Positions 20,868-29,722 of a stretch of DNA of 64,000 bases are shown in pieces. The notes under the pieces are model-generated. The model had not been told where the DNA came from and did not search any database. It worked only from the letters and a program-made list of their open reading frames with translations. Every line of letters begins with the position of its first letter. The first letter of the stretch is position 1. This DNA is from Gammaproteobacteria bacterium CG_4_10_14_0_2_um_filter_38_22. Its GTDB lineage: Bacteria; Pseudomonadota; Gammaproteobacteria; Coxiellales; Coxiellaceae. Made by a program: the position numbers and the translations under genes. The DNA lies in contig PFPT01000008.1 in assembly GCA_002793195.1 (NCBI GenBank), positions 17,780 through 81,779 on the forward strand, given 5' to 3'.

Positions 20868-21091
20868 GATTTACCCTCTTGAGTAATCACAGGCCGTGAT
20901 ACACGTTCCTTATATACCTCAGCCCAATGATCCAAGTCAAATCTATCAAACGCAATCCCCTGAATTCCTATCGGGATGGAGGCAATATCCGGCCTCACCT
21001 CACGATTAAAGCGATTTCTATCCATGCCTAAATAATCTGGCGCATCACGCAGACGGATAAATCTTGGTAAAATATAATTGCTATTCAGCAT
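20717..21091 (-). CDS. Putative excisionase / AlpA-like HTH DNA-binding protein
   Basis: The N-terminal ~65 aa ('RFIRLRDAPDYLGMDRNRFNREVRP....IPIG.....FDRFDLDHWAE') look like Xis/AlpA-type winged HTH. The ORF tail overlaps the integrase start by ~150 nt in another frame, so the real C-terminus is uncertain. Confidence 0.45.
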   Translation of the reverse strand: MLNSNYILPRFIRLRDAPDYLGMDRNRFNREVRPDIASIPIGIQGIAFDRFDLDHWAEVYKERVSRPVITQEGKSWVKKERQASSNVVGAGTLIKKSLVSEFEELLEQSRLKKRKLSSLVESKN

Positions 21092-21124
21092 ATTGCCTCA
21101 AATTAATTTTTTTATTTTCAAAAC

Positions 21125-21166
21125 TGCAAATAAAAAAACCCTTTCAAAAAGACCTTTTTATTTGCA
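21125..21166. promoter_or_regulatory. 12-bp perfect inverted repeat upstream of the xis-int genes
   Basis: TGCAAATAAAAA (21125-21136) and TTTTTATTTGCA (21155-21166) are separated by 18 nt. They lie 35-75 nt upstream of the xis-like start codon. Confidence 0.35.
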
Positions 21167-21175
21167 AACACAAAT

Positions 21176-21205
21176 TAAAAAACCCGCGCAAAAATAGCGC
21201 GGGGT
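21176..21205 (-). terminator. Intrinsic terminator after ORF 21241-21600
   Basis: On the minus strand: ACCCCGCGC-TATTTTT-GCGCGGGT followed by TTTTTT. Confidence 0.6.
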
Positions 21206-21240
21206 CAGTTATAAAACGGGAGTTTATTTAAACAATTACT

Positions 21241-21600
21241 TTATTCGTCATCTTCATCAAATCCTCGACGACTTTGTGTTAACTCAAAAGCAATACGTTC
21301 TGCTGCATACCAAACCAGTAGATTTTTATACTGTTGATCACTTGCAACATCTTTTGCACCATTAAACGACGCAATAAGTTCTGCGCATGTTTTCATACCA
21401 AATGATTCACGATCTTCTTCCAGCATGTCCCAAATATCATCACGATACTGGTCATACAATGCGTTTGTCTCAAAGTAGTAAATCAACCCCGAAAAACCAC
21501 CTTGTGCACCATGCTCGCAAAGACTAACAAGCTCATCATGATCAAACTGATTTTTCATCCAGTCTTTAAAAGTTAACAATTCAAAATTAGACATCAACAT
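21241..21600 (-). CDS. Small, strongly acidic hypothetical protein (anti-restriction/DNA-mimic candidate)
   Basis: 119 aa with a GAAGGAG RBS. My hand count is ~25 Asp/Glu versus ~10 Lys/Arg. The tail is 'FDEDDE'. I recognise no family. Confidence 0.55.
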   Translation of the reverse strand: MLMSNFELLTFKDWMKNQFDHDELVSLCEHGAQGGFSGLIYYFETNALYDQYRDDIWDMLEEDRESFGMKTCAELIASFNGAKDVASDQQYKNLLVWYAAERIAFELTQSRRGFDEDDE

Positions 21601-21630
21601 CTCCTTCAGTCAAATTAAGCCAAAGGAGCA

Positions 21631-21662
21631 AACCCGCGGGGATTATTCTCCCCCAGCGGGTT
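21631..21662 (-). terminator. GC-rich hairpin (probable terminator) after ORF 21682-22083
   Basis: AACCCGC-GGGGA-loop-TCCCC-(A)-GCGGGTT, about 12 bp of stem. The U-tract on the minus strand is weak. Confidence 0.45.
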
Positions 21663-21681
21663 AGTTAAAAATTAATAACGT

Positions 21682-22083
21682 TTATACAAAAGAACAAATA
21701 TATCGAACGACAGCAAAAACCTCATAAGGCAATAGAAAATCACTATGATCAGAAAATCTGCAATAGTTATTCTCTTCTTCAATATCACAATACTCATCTT
21801 CACCCACACGCATGAAAGACCAATGAAGATTAAAGTCATTGCAGACTTCAGAAAAAACTTTCCAAGCTAAATCAATAGCGCCATACCATTTTATGGAATT
21901 TTCATAAATTACCATTAAATGATAAGCATCTTTTTGCTTCTCCTGGAACATATTAAGAAACTCTGTCGCAATATTCGTATAATCTTTGTAAAAATCAGAT
22001 TGCACAAAATCTTGTTTTACTTTTTCAAAAACTGATTTTTCTTTAGCAATAATTGCAATAGCAATTTGTGAACGCATACCCAT
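21682..22083 (-). CDS. Small acidic hypothetical protein
   Basis: 133 aa with an AGGAGA RBS, flanked by hairpins. I recognise no family. Confidence 0.5.
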   Translation of the reverse strand: MGMRSQIAIAIIAKEKSVFEKVKQDFVQSDFYKDYTNIATEFLNMFQEKQKDAYHLMVIYENSIKWYGAIDLAWKVFSEVCNDFNLHWSFMRVGEDEYCDIEEENNYCRFSDHSDFLLPYEVFAVVRYICSFV

Positions 22084-22119
22084 TAAAATTTCTCCTTAAG
22101 TTGATTAAAAAACAAAGGA

Positions 22120-22150
22120 GAAAACCGTCAAGGTTTTCACCTTTGACGGT
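22120..22150 (-). terminator. Intrinsic terminator after ORF 22182-22694
   Basis: On the minus strand: ACCGTCAAAGG-TGAAAA-CCTTGACGGT followed by TTTT. Confidence 0.55.
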
Positions 22151-22181
22151 AGATAAAAATTCAAAACAAGAAAACAAAAAA

Positions 22182-22694
22182 CTAAATAGCGTAATAGTTA
22201 CTTAAAATATTTTTTAGTTTGCCTAATAACTGAAGTTTTAATCGTGCAATAGAGCAATAATAACGATGAAAATCGTAATATTGATTATTTAAATCAATAT
22301 CATCACCATGCATTTCTGCCATATCACGATCATAATTCGCGTCATCTGAAGCCATCGTAACAACAATTTCTTCAGTGATGCCAAACTCAAGTGCCAACGC
22401 AAACCATTTAATATCTTCAATATCCATCACAGGCCAAACAACCGTATTCAAACCATCGGTACGTAATTGGCTTTTTAAACGAGTGTCATAAATCCAATCA
22501 CACATATAGCGAAGCTGATAATCACGAAAATTCAAAAACTGTAGATTTGGTTTTGTTTTATTTAATTGTTCAGTTAAAAAATACAACGCCATCTCTAAAC
22601 ATTTCACTTCATTTACATTCAGTGAAATCCAATCGATTACGCCAAAAACTGGATTACGTATTGATTTTGATGTTTGTACAGCAAAACTATTCAT
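22182..22694 (-). CDS. Hypothetical protein (acidic C-terminal half)
   Basis: The probable start is MNSFAVQ at 22694 (AAGGA RBS). The upstream in-frame extension runs into the neighbouring terminator hairpin. I recognise no family. Confidence 0.5.
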   Translation of the reverse strand: MNSFAVQTSKSIRNPVFGVIDWISLNVNEVKCLEMALYFLTEQLNKTKPNLQFLNFRDYQLRYMCDWIYDTRLKSQLRTDGLNTVVWPVMDIEDIKWFALALEFGITEEIVVTMASDDANYDRDMAEMHGDDIDLNNQYYDFHRYYCSIARLKLQLLGKLKNILSNYYAI

Positions 22695-22707
22695 AATAGA
22701 TATCCTT

Positions 22708-22741
22708 AAAAAAAACCCAATCATTAAAAAGGATTGGGGTT
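22708..22741 (-). terminator. Intrinsic terminator after ORF 22775-23164
   Basis: On the minus strand: AACCCCAATC-loop-GATTGGGTT followed by TTTTTTTT. Confidence 0.65.
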
Positions 22742-22774
22742 TAGTGAATAAGAGAAAATTGACTCAAAAAATGG

Positions 22775-23164
22775 TTACGATCTTTTGCCAGCAGTTTTCA
22801 CTTGATGTTCAAAAACAGGCTTTGGGGTTTCATTTTTTCCTGATTTTTTCAGCATCTCTATACGAGACGCTTTTACAGAAATATGAAGCGACTCTTTACC
22901 CTTAGCTAAATCAACGCGATTAAAATAAATACGCACATAATCACTTACGTCATATTTTTTTAATTCGTTAAAAGCTTCTTCAGTAAAATGGGCATTAACA
23001 GCTTGAGAAAAAACTTCTTTGCTACCATCACCATTTGCAGTTAAAAAAATCAGTACATTCATAAAGGATGTACCATCTTTCTTTTCTACAACGGTCATTT
23101 TCCCAATATTTCCGCGAAGACCTTTTTCAACGCTTAGTGAATAAAAACTAGTTACATTAGTCAT
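22775..23164 (-). CDS. ICE-associated small protein, possibly DUF3577/STY4534-like (putative ssDNA-binding/replication accessory)
   Basis: 129 aa with an AAGGAGAA RBS. The N-terminal beta-rich layout and the position next to the TIGR03761-like and relaxase-like genes resemble the STY4534 family. This is recognised only loosely. Confidence 0.35.
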   Translation of the reverse strand: MTNVTSFYSLSVEKGLRGNIGKMTVVEKKDGTSFMNVLIFLTANGDGSKEVFSQAVNAHFTEEAFNELKKYDVSDYVRIYFNRVDLAKGKESLHISVKASRIEMLKKSGKNETPKPVFEHQVKTAGKRS

Positions 23165-23216
23165 GATTTGTTCTCCTTAAAGTTTTAAAGTAAAAAAACC
23201 AAATGAAAACGAAGAC

Positions 23217-23251
23217 AACCCAAAGGGATGTTTATCATTCCCTTTTGGGTT
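23217..23251 (-). terminator. Hairpin (probable terminator) after ORF 23428-24063
   Basis: AACCCAAAGGGA-loop-TCCCTTTTGGGTT. On the minus strand it is followed by a T-rich stretch. Confidence 0.45.
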
Positions 23252-23427
23252 AGTAAAAATGCTATTAAAAAATCAATATCAGTTAGATACACAATTTTAA
23301 AAATCAAAATTATGTAGAGGGCGGCATATCATTATTTGCATAACAATAGTTGTCTTTCATACCACGACAACGCATCACAAAATTTAAGTCGCTTGTGATC
23401 ACGACGTACAACAACCTTTAATTATTT

Positions 23428-24063
23428 TTAGCTTCCCAACTCGATATTGATATAAGGAGAAAATGGCGCACGTACTGTCTTATCTAAAATATTAGCGGGG
23501 ACTTTTCCAAGCGTTTGCATAGCTGTCTTTGCTAGTTCGCTATCCGAACTAATATCAGCGCGAATAAGACCAAACGGTTTCCATTTCAAGGGTAATTTAA
23601 ACAATGAACCCACTTTATCAATCCACTCCACGCGAATCATATCTTGAGTTTTATCGAGCAAAACACCTACACGACCAGCGGTCAAAACAGTGCGCATCAA
23701 CTCATCAAAATCACCTATTACAGCGGCACCCAAATAACCGTACTGCGTGCGAAACCATAAGTTTTTTACAACCGGTTTTTCTGAAGAAAACGGCACCAAC
23801 ATCAAATTAGTTCTGCCATATATTTTTCTGATACTTTCCTGATAATCTTGAATCGTTTGCGCAAACTGATTACGCAATTGAATAATTGCATCGTACGTTT
23901 TTAATAAATGCCAATCTGCATAGGGATCATCTTTTTCCGCAGCATCCCAAATAGTTGTCATGAGGGCTGCAAACTGCAAAAGACCAACGGAATTTTTATC
24001 CGTATATCCTGAAAAAAGTAACTGTGCATCCATTGTATGAATTTCAAATGAGACATTTCCCAA
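23428..24063 (-). CDS. ICE protein, TIGR03761-like (PFL_4669 family) candidate
   Basis: 211 aa, immediately downstream of the relaxase-like gene as in PFGI-1-type ICEs. 'DDPYADWHLLK' resembles that family from memory. Needs HMM confirmation. Confidence 0.4.
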   Translation of the reverse strand: MGNVSFEIHTMDAQLLFSGYTDKNSVGLLQFAALMTTIWDAAEKDDPYADWHLLKTYDAIIQLRNQFAQTIQDYQESIRKIYGRTNLMLVPFSSEKPVVKNLWFRTQYGYLGAAVIGDFDELMRTVLTAGRVGVLLDKTQDMIRVEWIDKVGSLFKLPLKWKPFGLIRADISSDSELAKTAMQTLGKVPANILDKTVRAPFSPYINIELGS

Positions 24064-24216
24064 TAATCTGCCCGGATGACTATTTTCTTTGTATTTTTAT
24101 TTGCACTCGCATTCGTTTCAACAGGTGCGTTTATTATATTTATCGCTGATGTTTCACTATTTACTGTATTTAAATTGATATCGATCATAAAAGCCTCTCT
24201 CGAGTTGTTATAAATT

Positions 24217-25275
24217 TTAATTGGTAGATATTGGATCAATGGATAATTGCGGATTAACAGGAATTTCAACTAAGCTGTCATCAAAGAACGATTGCGGATT
24301 TATAATAATCCCAGAAATCACCCGCCTTTCCTCCCACTTATCAAAGCAATAAAAATGAATACGAGATCCTTTTGCATCTCTCACTAACAATCCATTCTTT
24401 TTAATTGCCTTTGTAAGTGCAATACGCTGCTTTAAATTGAATGTATTTTCATTTTTTTCAGACTTATTAAACTGATAATGTAAAAATTCATCGATAATAT
24501 TAGGCATCACTAATAAAACACCTGGCTCAACACGATGAATAACGCTATCTAGTTGATTGATAGCTATCGCTTTATCTTTAATTGTTTTCTCAAGCCAGTG
24601 CCAAAAACCATGTTCATTACATTCAAAATTTTCAACAATTTTCTTTTCAGTTTTTGGTTGGTTTTTTTTAATAGTATTGTCAGAAGGATTAACTTCACTC
24701 ACGTGTAAGGCAATTGAACTATCATCATTCCGTGATGATATAGAATGATTACTTACAATAATTTCTGAGAAAATATTGTTTTTACCGTTCAAGTAATCTT
24801 TCCATAATTCAAACAGCTTATTATTTCTGTTTAACCATGCAATTGCCTGTTTTGGTAAAATGAAATTTACAGCGTTTAATCGATCATTTTCACCAATATT
24901 TATAAGCAAGGCTGCTGAAAAAACAGAAAATGTCCACTCCTCTCTTTCGCGAAATGAGGTTTCACTATCAGCACCAACAGGCAATAAATAACCTCGTCGC
25001 TTTTTTAGCGCCAAAATAACCGTTGAAAAAACATCAATCAAAATCTTGCGTTTCTCAATTTGACTCTGCGAAACAAAGTAATTTTCAAAATTCGTTACAG
25101 TATCACCATACAGTGTTTGAAAATCATTTTTTGTTAATGCAGATAATTGCGCAAGTGAATGAATAAATCGCATCTTTATTAAATCAATGGAATCTAAAGT
25201 ATCAATGTGTTGAGTTTGATTATTTCCCTCCACCTGCATAGTTTTTGTTTTTAACCACTTGAACATATTGATCAC
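24217..25275 (-). CDS. TraI_2 (MobH-type) relaxase-like protein, short and apparently lacking the His/HD motifs
   Basis: 352 aa. The N-terminal half is collinear with the TraI_2 region around 'ALrlR.g.LLP.ga..E....W.yavf.AALLHDiGK', here 'ALKKRRGYLLPVGADSET....EEWTFSVFSAALLINIGE'. The C-terminal 'FWHWLEKTIKDK.I.IN.....IHRVEPGVLLV.P.I..EF' resembles TraI_2_C. The start is uncertain (GTG 25275 or ATG 25266) and it overlaps the dsbA-like gene. Confidence 0.5.
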   Translation of the reverse strand: MINMFKWLKTKTMQVEGNNQTQHIDTLDSIDLIKMRFIHSLAQLSALTKNDFQTLYGDTVTNFENYFVSQSQIEKRKILIDVFSTVILALKKRRGYLLPVGADSETSFREREEWTFSVFSAALLINIGENDRLNAVNFILPKQAIAWLNRNNKLFELWKDYLNGKNNIFSEIIVSNHSISSRNDDSSIALHVSEVNPSDNTIKKNQPKTEKKIVENFECNEHGFWHWLEKTIKDKAIAINQLDSVIHRVEPGVLLVMPNIIDEFLHYQFNKSEKNENTFNLKQRIALTKAIKKNGLLVRDAKGSRIHFYCFDKWEERRVISGIIINPQSFFDDSLVEIPVNPQLSIDPISTN

Positions 25276-25864
25276 TCAATTGTTGAATAATTGCTGACAA
25301 TAGCGTGCGCGGCTGCTCACCTATCAAAACAATAGACTGACTTTTTTCATTTAATTGAGACTGTCCAGAAAAAATAAAAATGGGTAAATAAATACCACCA
25401 TTTACCGCATATCTATTTACCCTTTTTATATTTTTATTTATTTGATTTTGCACTTTCTGACTTTTCATCATATTGCTCAAAGCAGAAGGCTTTGCACCCA
25501 ACTCAGATGCAATATGCCAAGCATCAAATACAGTCGGTGTATTATTAAATTGCATCAAATCATGATGAAATTGTATCCAAGCATTTCTACTCTGATATTT
25601 TTCACTCAATGCAATATTTGCGATGCTGCGTGATGCTAGTGTTAGCAAAGGTGTTACACGATACGTTACTTCTAAATTTGGATATTCCATTTTCAGCGCA
25701 TCAATAACAGAATTCATTCTCCGACAATGAGGACACTCATAATCGTAGTACTCCACCAGTTTTACAGTACCATCAGATTTTTTTGTCTCGGATAATGCAA
25801 AAGCTGAATTATTAATCATAATTAGGCAGCTTAAAGAAACAACCCCTAAGAAAATATTTTTCAT
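25220..25864 (-). CDS. DsbA-like periplasmic thiol:disulfide oxidoreductase
   Basis: Signal peptide plus a thioredoxin-fold 'YDYECPHCRR' CxxC motif. 214 aa. Confidence 0.75.
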   Translation of the reverse strand: MKNIFLGVVSLSCLIMINNSAFALSETKKSDGTVKLVEYYDYECPHCRRMNSVIDALKMEYPNLEVTYRVTPLLTLASRSIANIALSEKYQSRNAWIQFHHDLMQFNNTPTVFDAWHIASELGAKPSALSNMMKSQKVQNQINKNIKRVNRYAVNGGIYLPIFIFSGQSQLNEKSQSIVLIGEQPRTLLSAIIQQLSDQYVQVVKNKNYAGGGK

Positions 25865-27690
25865 GATAACGCTCTCTTTTTGCTATCCATTAATTTTGAT
25901 AACATCTCCTGCAACAATGCTGATTGAGATTGAATAAAAGCGGTAAAATTGCTTTTACCGATTGCTATTTTTTCAAGCTCCGCTTCCCATTGCGCAGTTA
26001 AGATGGGGTTTTTCATAACTTCCGGGACAATATCAATTAACACACGACCTTTTTGTGTTGAAAAAACCTGCTTATTTTTTCTCTCGATATAACCACGCTT
26101 AAAAAGCGTTTCTAAAATATTCGCACGAGTCGCTTCAGTACCAATTCCACTGCTCTCTTTTAAAATCTTTTTAAGATGATCCTCTTTAATTAATTTACCA
26201 ACCGTTTTCATGGCTTCAATTAATGTACCTTCGGTAAATCGAGCCGGTGGTTTTGTTTTCTTGCTATCGATTTTGGTTTCCTGATTTTCAAGCTTCATCT
26301 GTTCTGTTAAATTCGGCAGAACCTCACTAACGTCAGTCTCATCATCTTCGTCCTCAGGATGACGATCAAATGCCTGCTTCCATCCCAATTTAATTGGAGT
26401 AGTCCCTACTGCTGTAAACAATTCACTTTCGCAAATTACTTCAACTGATTTTTGTAAATATTCGTAATCACCAAGAAATTGAGCGATATACTGTCTTCGA
26501 ATAAGATCATAAATATTGAATTCATCATGTGACATTTTATAAATATCTATTTTGTCGTTAAAAGTTGGAATAATTGCGTGGTGAGCGGTAATTTTTTCAT
26601 TGTTCCAAACCGTCGATTTAAAATTTAAATCACATAAAGTCACTAATGATGAAATTTTAGAATCTATTTGAGATAGCGCTTTTAATACGCTTTTTACCTC
26701 TTCAAATTGTTCAATCGGTAAATAATTACAATCCGTTCTCGGATACGTGGTTGCTTTATGTGTTTCATATAGTGATTGTGCAATATCTAATATCTGCTTT
26801 GCTGAATATCCAAATAGACCAGAAGCTGTTTTTTGAAGGGCTGATAAAGAAAAGCATAATGGTGCTTTTTGCTTTTTTTGAATTTCTTTCACATTTTGTA
26901 TTAAACCAGGCTTTCCATTTACCTTATAAAAAATATTTTCAATAGATTTTTTATCAAGGCAATGACCGACTTCATCTAATAATGCATCCGATGTCTTCCA
27001 GGTTGTCCAAAAGCTTGATTGATTATCAGTTGAAAATAAAATTTTTAATAAAAAATAATCTTTGGGTTTAAAATTTTCAATTGTAAGATCGCGATCAACA
27101 ACCAGTTTTAAGGTGGGTGTTTGAACACGCCCAACCGACAATACATTTCCAGCACCATACAACACTGTAAGCGCCATTGTATTATTCATACCTAATAACC
27201 AATCAGCACTACTTCGTGAACGCGCAGATTCATATAAACCGGTTACTTCACTATTCGGTCTGATATTTTTCAACGCCTTCTGAATAGAGGTATCATCTAA
27301 TGCTGAAAGCCATAATCGCTCAATTTTCCCTTTAAAAAGGCATTTTTTTAAAACTTCTTCTCCAATCGCCTGCCCTTCTCTGTCTGGATCGGTAGCAATA
27401 ACGACATGATCCGTTTTTTTCAAAAGAGATTTGATCACATTAAATTGTTTTTTCGTTTTCTCACTTACCAAATATTCCCATTGCTCGGGAATAATCGGTA
27501 ATTTTTCTAAGCGCCACGGTTTTATATCAGATCGATAATATTCCGGCGGCGCTAATTCTAATAAATGACCAACACACCACGTTACTTGGCAATTATTACC
27601 TTCTAAATAACCATCATGTTTTTTGGATGCATTTAGATTTCGCGCAATGTCTCTGGCTTGAGCAGGTTTTTCACAAATAAATAATTTCAT
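25861..27690 (-). CDS. topB: DNA topoisomerase III
   Basis: TOPRIM 'LFICEKPAQARDIA', 'ATDPDREGQAIGEE' and the active-site 'TTYPRTDCNYLP'. The probable start is MKLFICE at 27690. Confidence 0.9.
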   Translation of the reverse strand: MKLFICEKPAQARDIARNLNASKKHDGYLEGNNCQVTWCVGHLLELAPPEYYRSDIKPWRLEKLPIIPEQWEYLVSEKTKKQFNVIKSLLKKTDHVVIATDPDREGQAIGEEVLKKCLFKGKIERLWLSALDDTSIQKALKNIRPNSEVTGLYESARSRSSADWLLGMNNTMALTVLYGAGNVLSVGRVQTPTLKLVVDRDLTIENFKPKDYFLLKILFSTDNQSSFWTTWKTSDALLDEVGHCLDKKSIENIFYKVNGKPGLIQNVKEIQKKQKAPLCFSLSALQKTASGLFGYSAKQILDIAQSLYETHKATTYPRTDCNYLPIEQFEEVKSVLKALSQIDSKISSLVTLCDLNFKSTVWNNEKITAHHAIIPTFNDKIDIYKMSHDEFNIYDLIRRQYIAQFLGDYEYLQKSVEVICESELFTAVGTTPIKLGWKQAFDRHPEDEDDETDVSEVLPNLTEQMKLENQETKIDSKKTKPPARFTEGTLIEAMKTVGKLIKEDHLKKILKESSGIGTEATRANILETLFKRGYIERKNKQVFSTQKGRVLIDIVPEVMKNPILTAQWEAELEKIAIGKSNFTAFIQSQSALLQEMLSKLMDSKKRALS

Positions 27691-27714
27691 ATAACGCACC
27701 ATTTTTAATTATTT

Positions 27715-28041
27715 TTACAAAAGATGACTGATTACATTAAATACAAAGAAAATTTCAAAAATGAGAAATAAGACAAACAACTTGATTCTTTGATTAGAAA
27801 AGTAATGAATTGTTTCCGCATTCCACTTCTGCTTTTTGCCAATACAGGCGACAAAATAAGGCCATAAAATCAGTATTAATGCATAAAGCCCATATCGCCA
27901 CAGCATAAAAAGGTAGCGATAATGAGATGCATTTTTTGATATCGAATCACCTGAAGTTAAAGAAATCATGCTATGTCCTATAAAAAATAGAACAGCACAC
28001 AGCGTTGCAACAAAAATAAATAAATGAAAAACCTTTTTCAT
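27715..28041 (-). CDS. Small polytopic membrane protein (ICE, unknown function)
   Basis: 108 aa with three hydrophobic helices. It lies between the TraG_N-like gene and topB. Confidence 0.5.
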   Translation of the reverse strand: MKKVFHLFIFVATLCAVLFFIGHSMISLTSGDSISKNASHYRYLFMLWRYGLYALILILWPYFVACIGKKQKWNAETIHYFSNQRIKLFVLFLIFEIFFVFNVISHLL

Positions 28042-28093
28042 GGCTTTATTACCGATATTTTTAGTGTATGAATTGAATTAATTAAATAGGGCT

Positions 28094-29647
28094 TTATTTT
28101 TTAAGAATCATCCCAACGCCCGGCTTAATCAGGTAATTTGCTAATGCACCTGCTTTGCTGCCTGCCGCATCTCCTGGTGATTTCATTTCTGAAATAGCAC
28201 CCATAATGCTATTACCCACCTTTAAGCCACCCCATGTCATCATCATTAAAAACAACATAGGCAGAACGATATAGAGCGTGCCAATAATATAATCGACAAA
28301 TACTTGATCATTGATACTGCCAGCTAATACTGCTTCTAATTTCAGTTTAAAATCAGGTCGCGTATACAATGCGGGAATAAGCGTATTGTCGAGATACAAA
28401 ACCAAATGCCACAAGTAACTCCAAAAAGTAATGGCAAAAATGGCAGCACTACCAGTAATAATAAAATGCAGACGATAACTCGAAAATGGAATAATCAATG
28501 CCAACAATGCATAAATCGTCATTAACAATAATGCTTGAATAACCGGCAATGCATTAACCAGCAAAGTTAACTTAGGAAAATAAGACAAACCTTCAGCAGA
28601 AACACCAATTTTACTGCCAATTTCGCTTGCCCAATTTCCTGTTGTCTCATGATCTAGTGATTCATATCCACGCGCAATTTCACCCAATGACATACCATGA
28701 TCAAATGAATGCTGAATAAGATCACGTATACCTGCATCAGCTAATTGCCCTTGACCATCACCCATATGCGTTATGGTTGTCAGAAATGTTGCTGGTAATG
28801 CTTTTTCAAGCTTGGCATGAAGACCATTTTCAGGATCAGACCACCATGCTTCACAGCTTGGTTCTCCCCACTTACTATGATCAGTCACCTGCCCTTCATA
28901 CTGATCTCGCGTTGGATCAAACAAAAACCCTTTAACCGGTTCTTGTGCTGACAGTGAATCGTAAAAACCAGGAGTATTTACAAAAGCACGAGATCCCATC
29001 CAACCCAAATCACTGTGACCATATTTTGTTTGATATTGTTTAATTTGCTGCTTTTCAGCGCGACTAGCATCACCCGACATAAATTTTGAATAAGCTGGCG
29101 CATAACAATCATTATAAAATTCAGCTGTTTCACTTTTTAACTTTGGATTGGTGATATGCGTCATATCCAAAGAACTTTGCAATTGACGATAATTAATTTT
29201 CTGGCATGAAATACCTTCCGTTGCTGCATGAGTAAATCCATTTGAAATACCCATCACCAAATACCAAAGCACAGGAACCCTAACACCTGTAATTGCTTTA
29301 TATTCGTTGTCATAAGTAGTTCCTGTATGACCAGGTGTAGCAACCTGCGCATTTGCCACACACGCAGGTTCATAATGCAACACAGATGGTTCGAGCGGCA
29401 CAGCAGGCACACAACAAAATTCAATTACCAATAATGCGCCGACAATTTGGATCATTAGGCGGCGCAAAGTGATAACGGATGCGCTTTTAGGTTCTTGAGA
29501 TTCAAATGGCTCAAGAAAACACTGCAAAACAATTCCAACAAATGGAATAAATACCAAACCTGTACCCACCATAATATTCCATAAATTTTGGTACTGTTGC
29601 CAGCCAATCAAAGTGGTATACAAGGCAAGATAACCTGTCACACTCAT
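28094..29647 (-). CDS. TraG_N-domain conjugal transfer membrane protein
   Basis: 517 aa: N-terminal TM helices, a large periplasmic loop, then a C-terminal TM cluster. Position and size are those of the TraG-N protein of GI-type T4SS. Confidence 0.65.
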   Translation of the reverse strand: MSVTGYLALYTTLIGWQQYQNLWNIMVGTGLVFIPFVGIVLQCFLEPFESQEPKSASVITLRRLMIQIVGALLVIEFCCVPAVPLEPSVLHYEPACVANAQVATPGHTGTTYDNEYKAITGVRVPVLWYLVMGISNGFTHAATEGISCQKINYRQLQSSLDMTHITNPKLKSETAEFYNDCYAPAYSKFMSGDASRAEKQQIKQYQTKYGHSDLGWMGSRAFVNTPGFYDSLSAQEPVKGFLFDPTRDQYEGQVTDHSKWGEPSCEAWWSDPENGLHAKLEKALPATFLTTITHMGDGQGQLADAGIRDLIQHSFDHGMSLGEIARGYESLDHETTGNWASEIGSKIGVSAEGLSYFPKLTLLVNALPVIQALLLMTIYALLALIIPFSSYRLHFIITGSAAIFAITFWSYLWHLVLYLDNTLIPALYTRPDFKLKLEAVLAGSINDQVFVDYIIGTLYIVLPMLFLMMMTWGGLKVGNSIMGAISEMKSPGDAAGSKAGALANYLIKPGVGMILKK

Positions 29648-29722
29648 AAGTGCCCCGCCTAAATAAAATTAAAAAAAGAAATAAAAGAAATAAAATTTTC
29701 AGCTTAAAAATTTTTAATTTTT

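Noticed and set aside
23958-24269. 103-aa ORF overlapping both the TIGR03761-like and relaxase-like genes.
   Set aside because: It is an alternate frame across a gene junction with AT-rich low-complexity translation, and it is not needed to explain the spacing.
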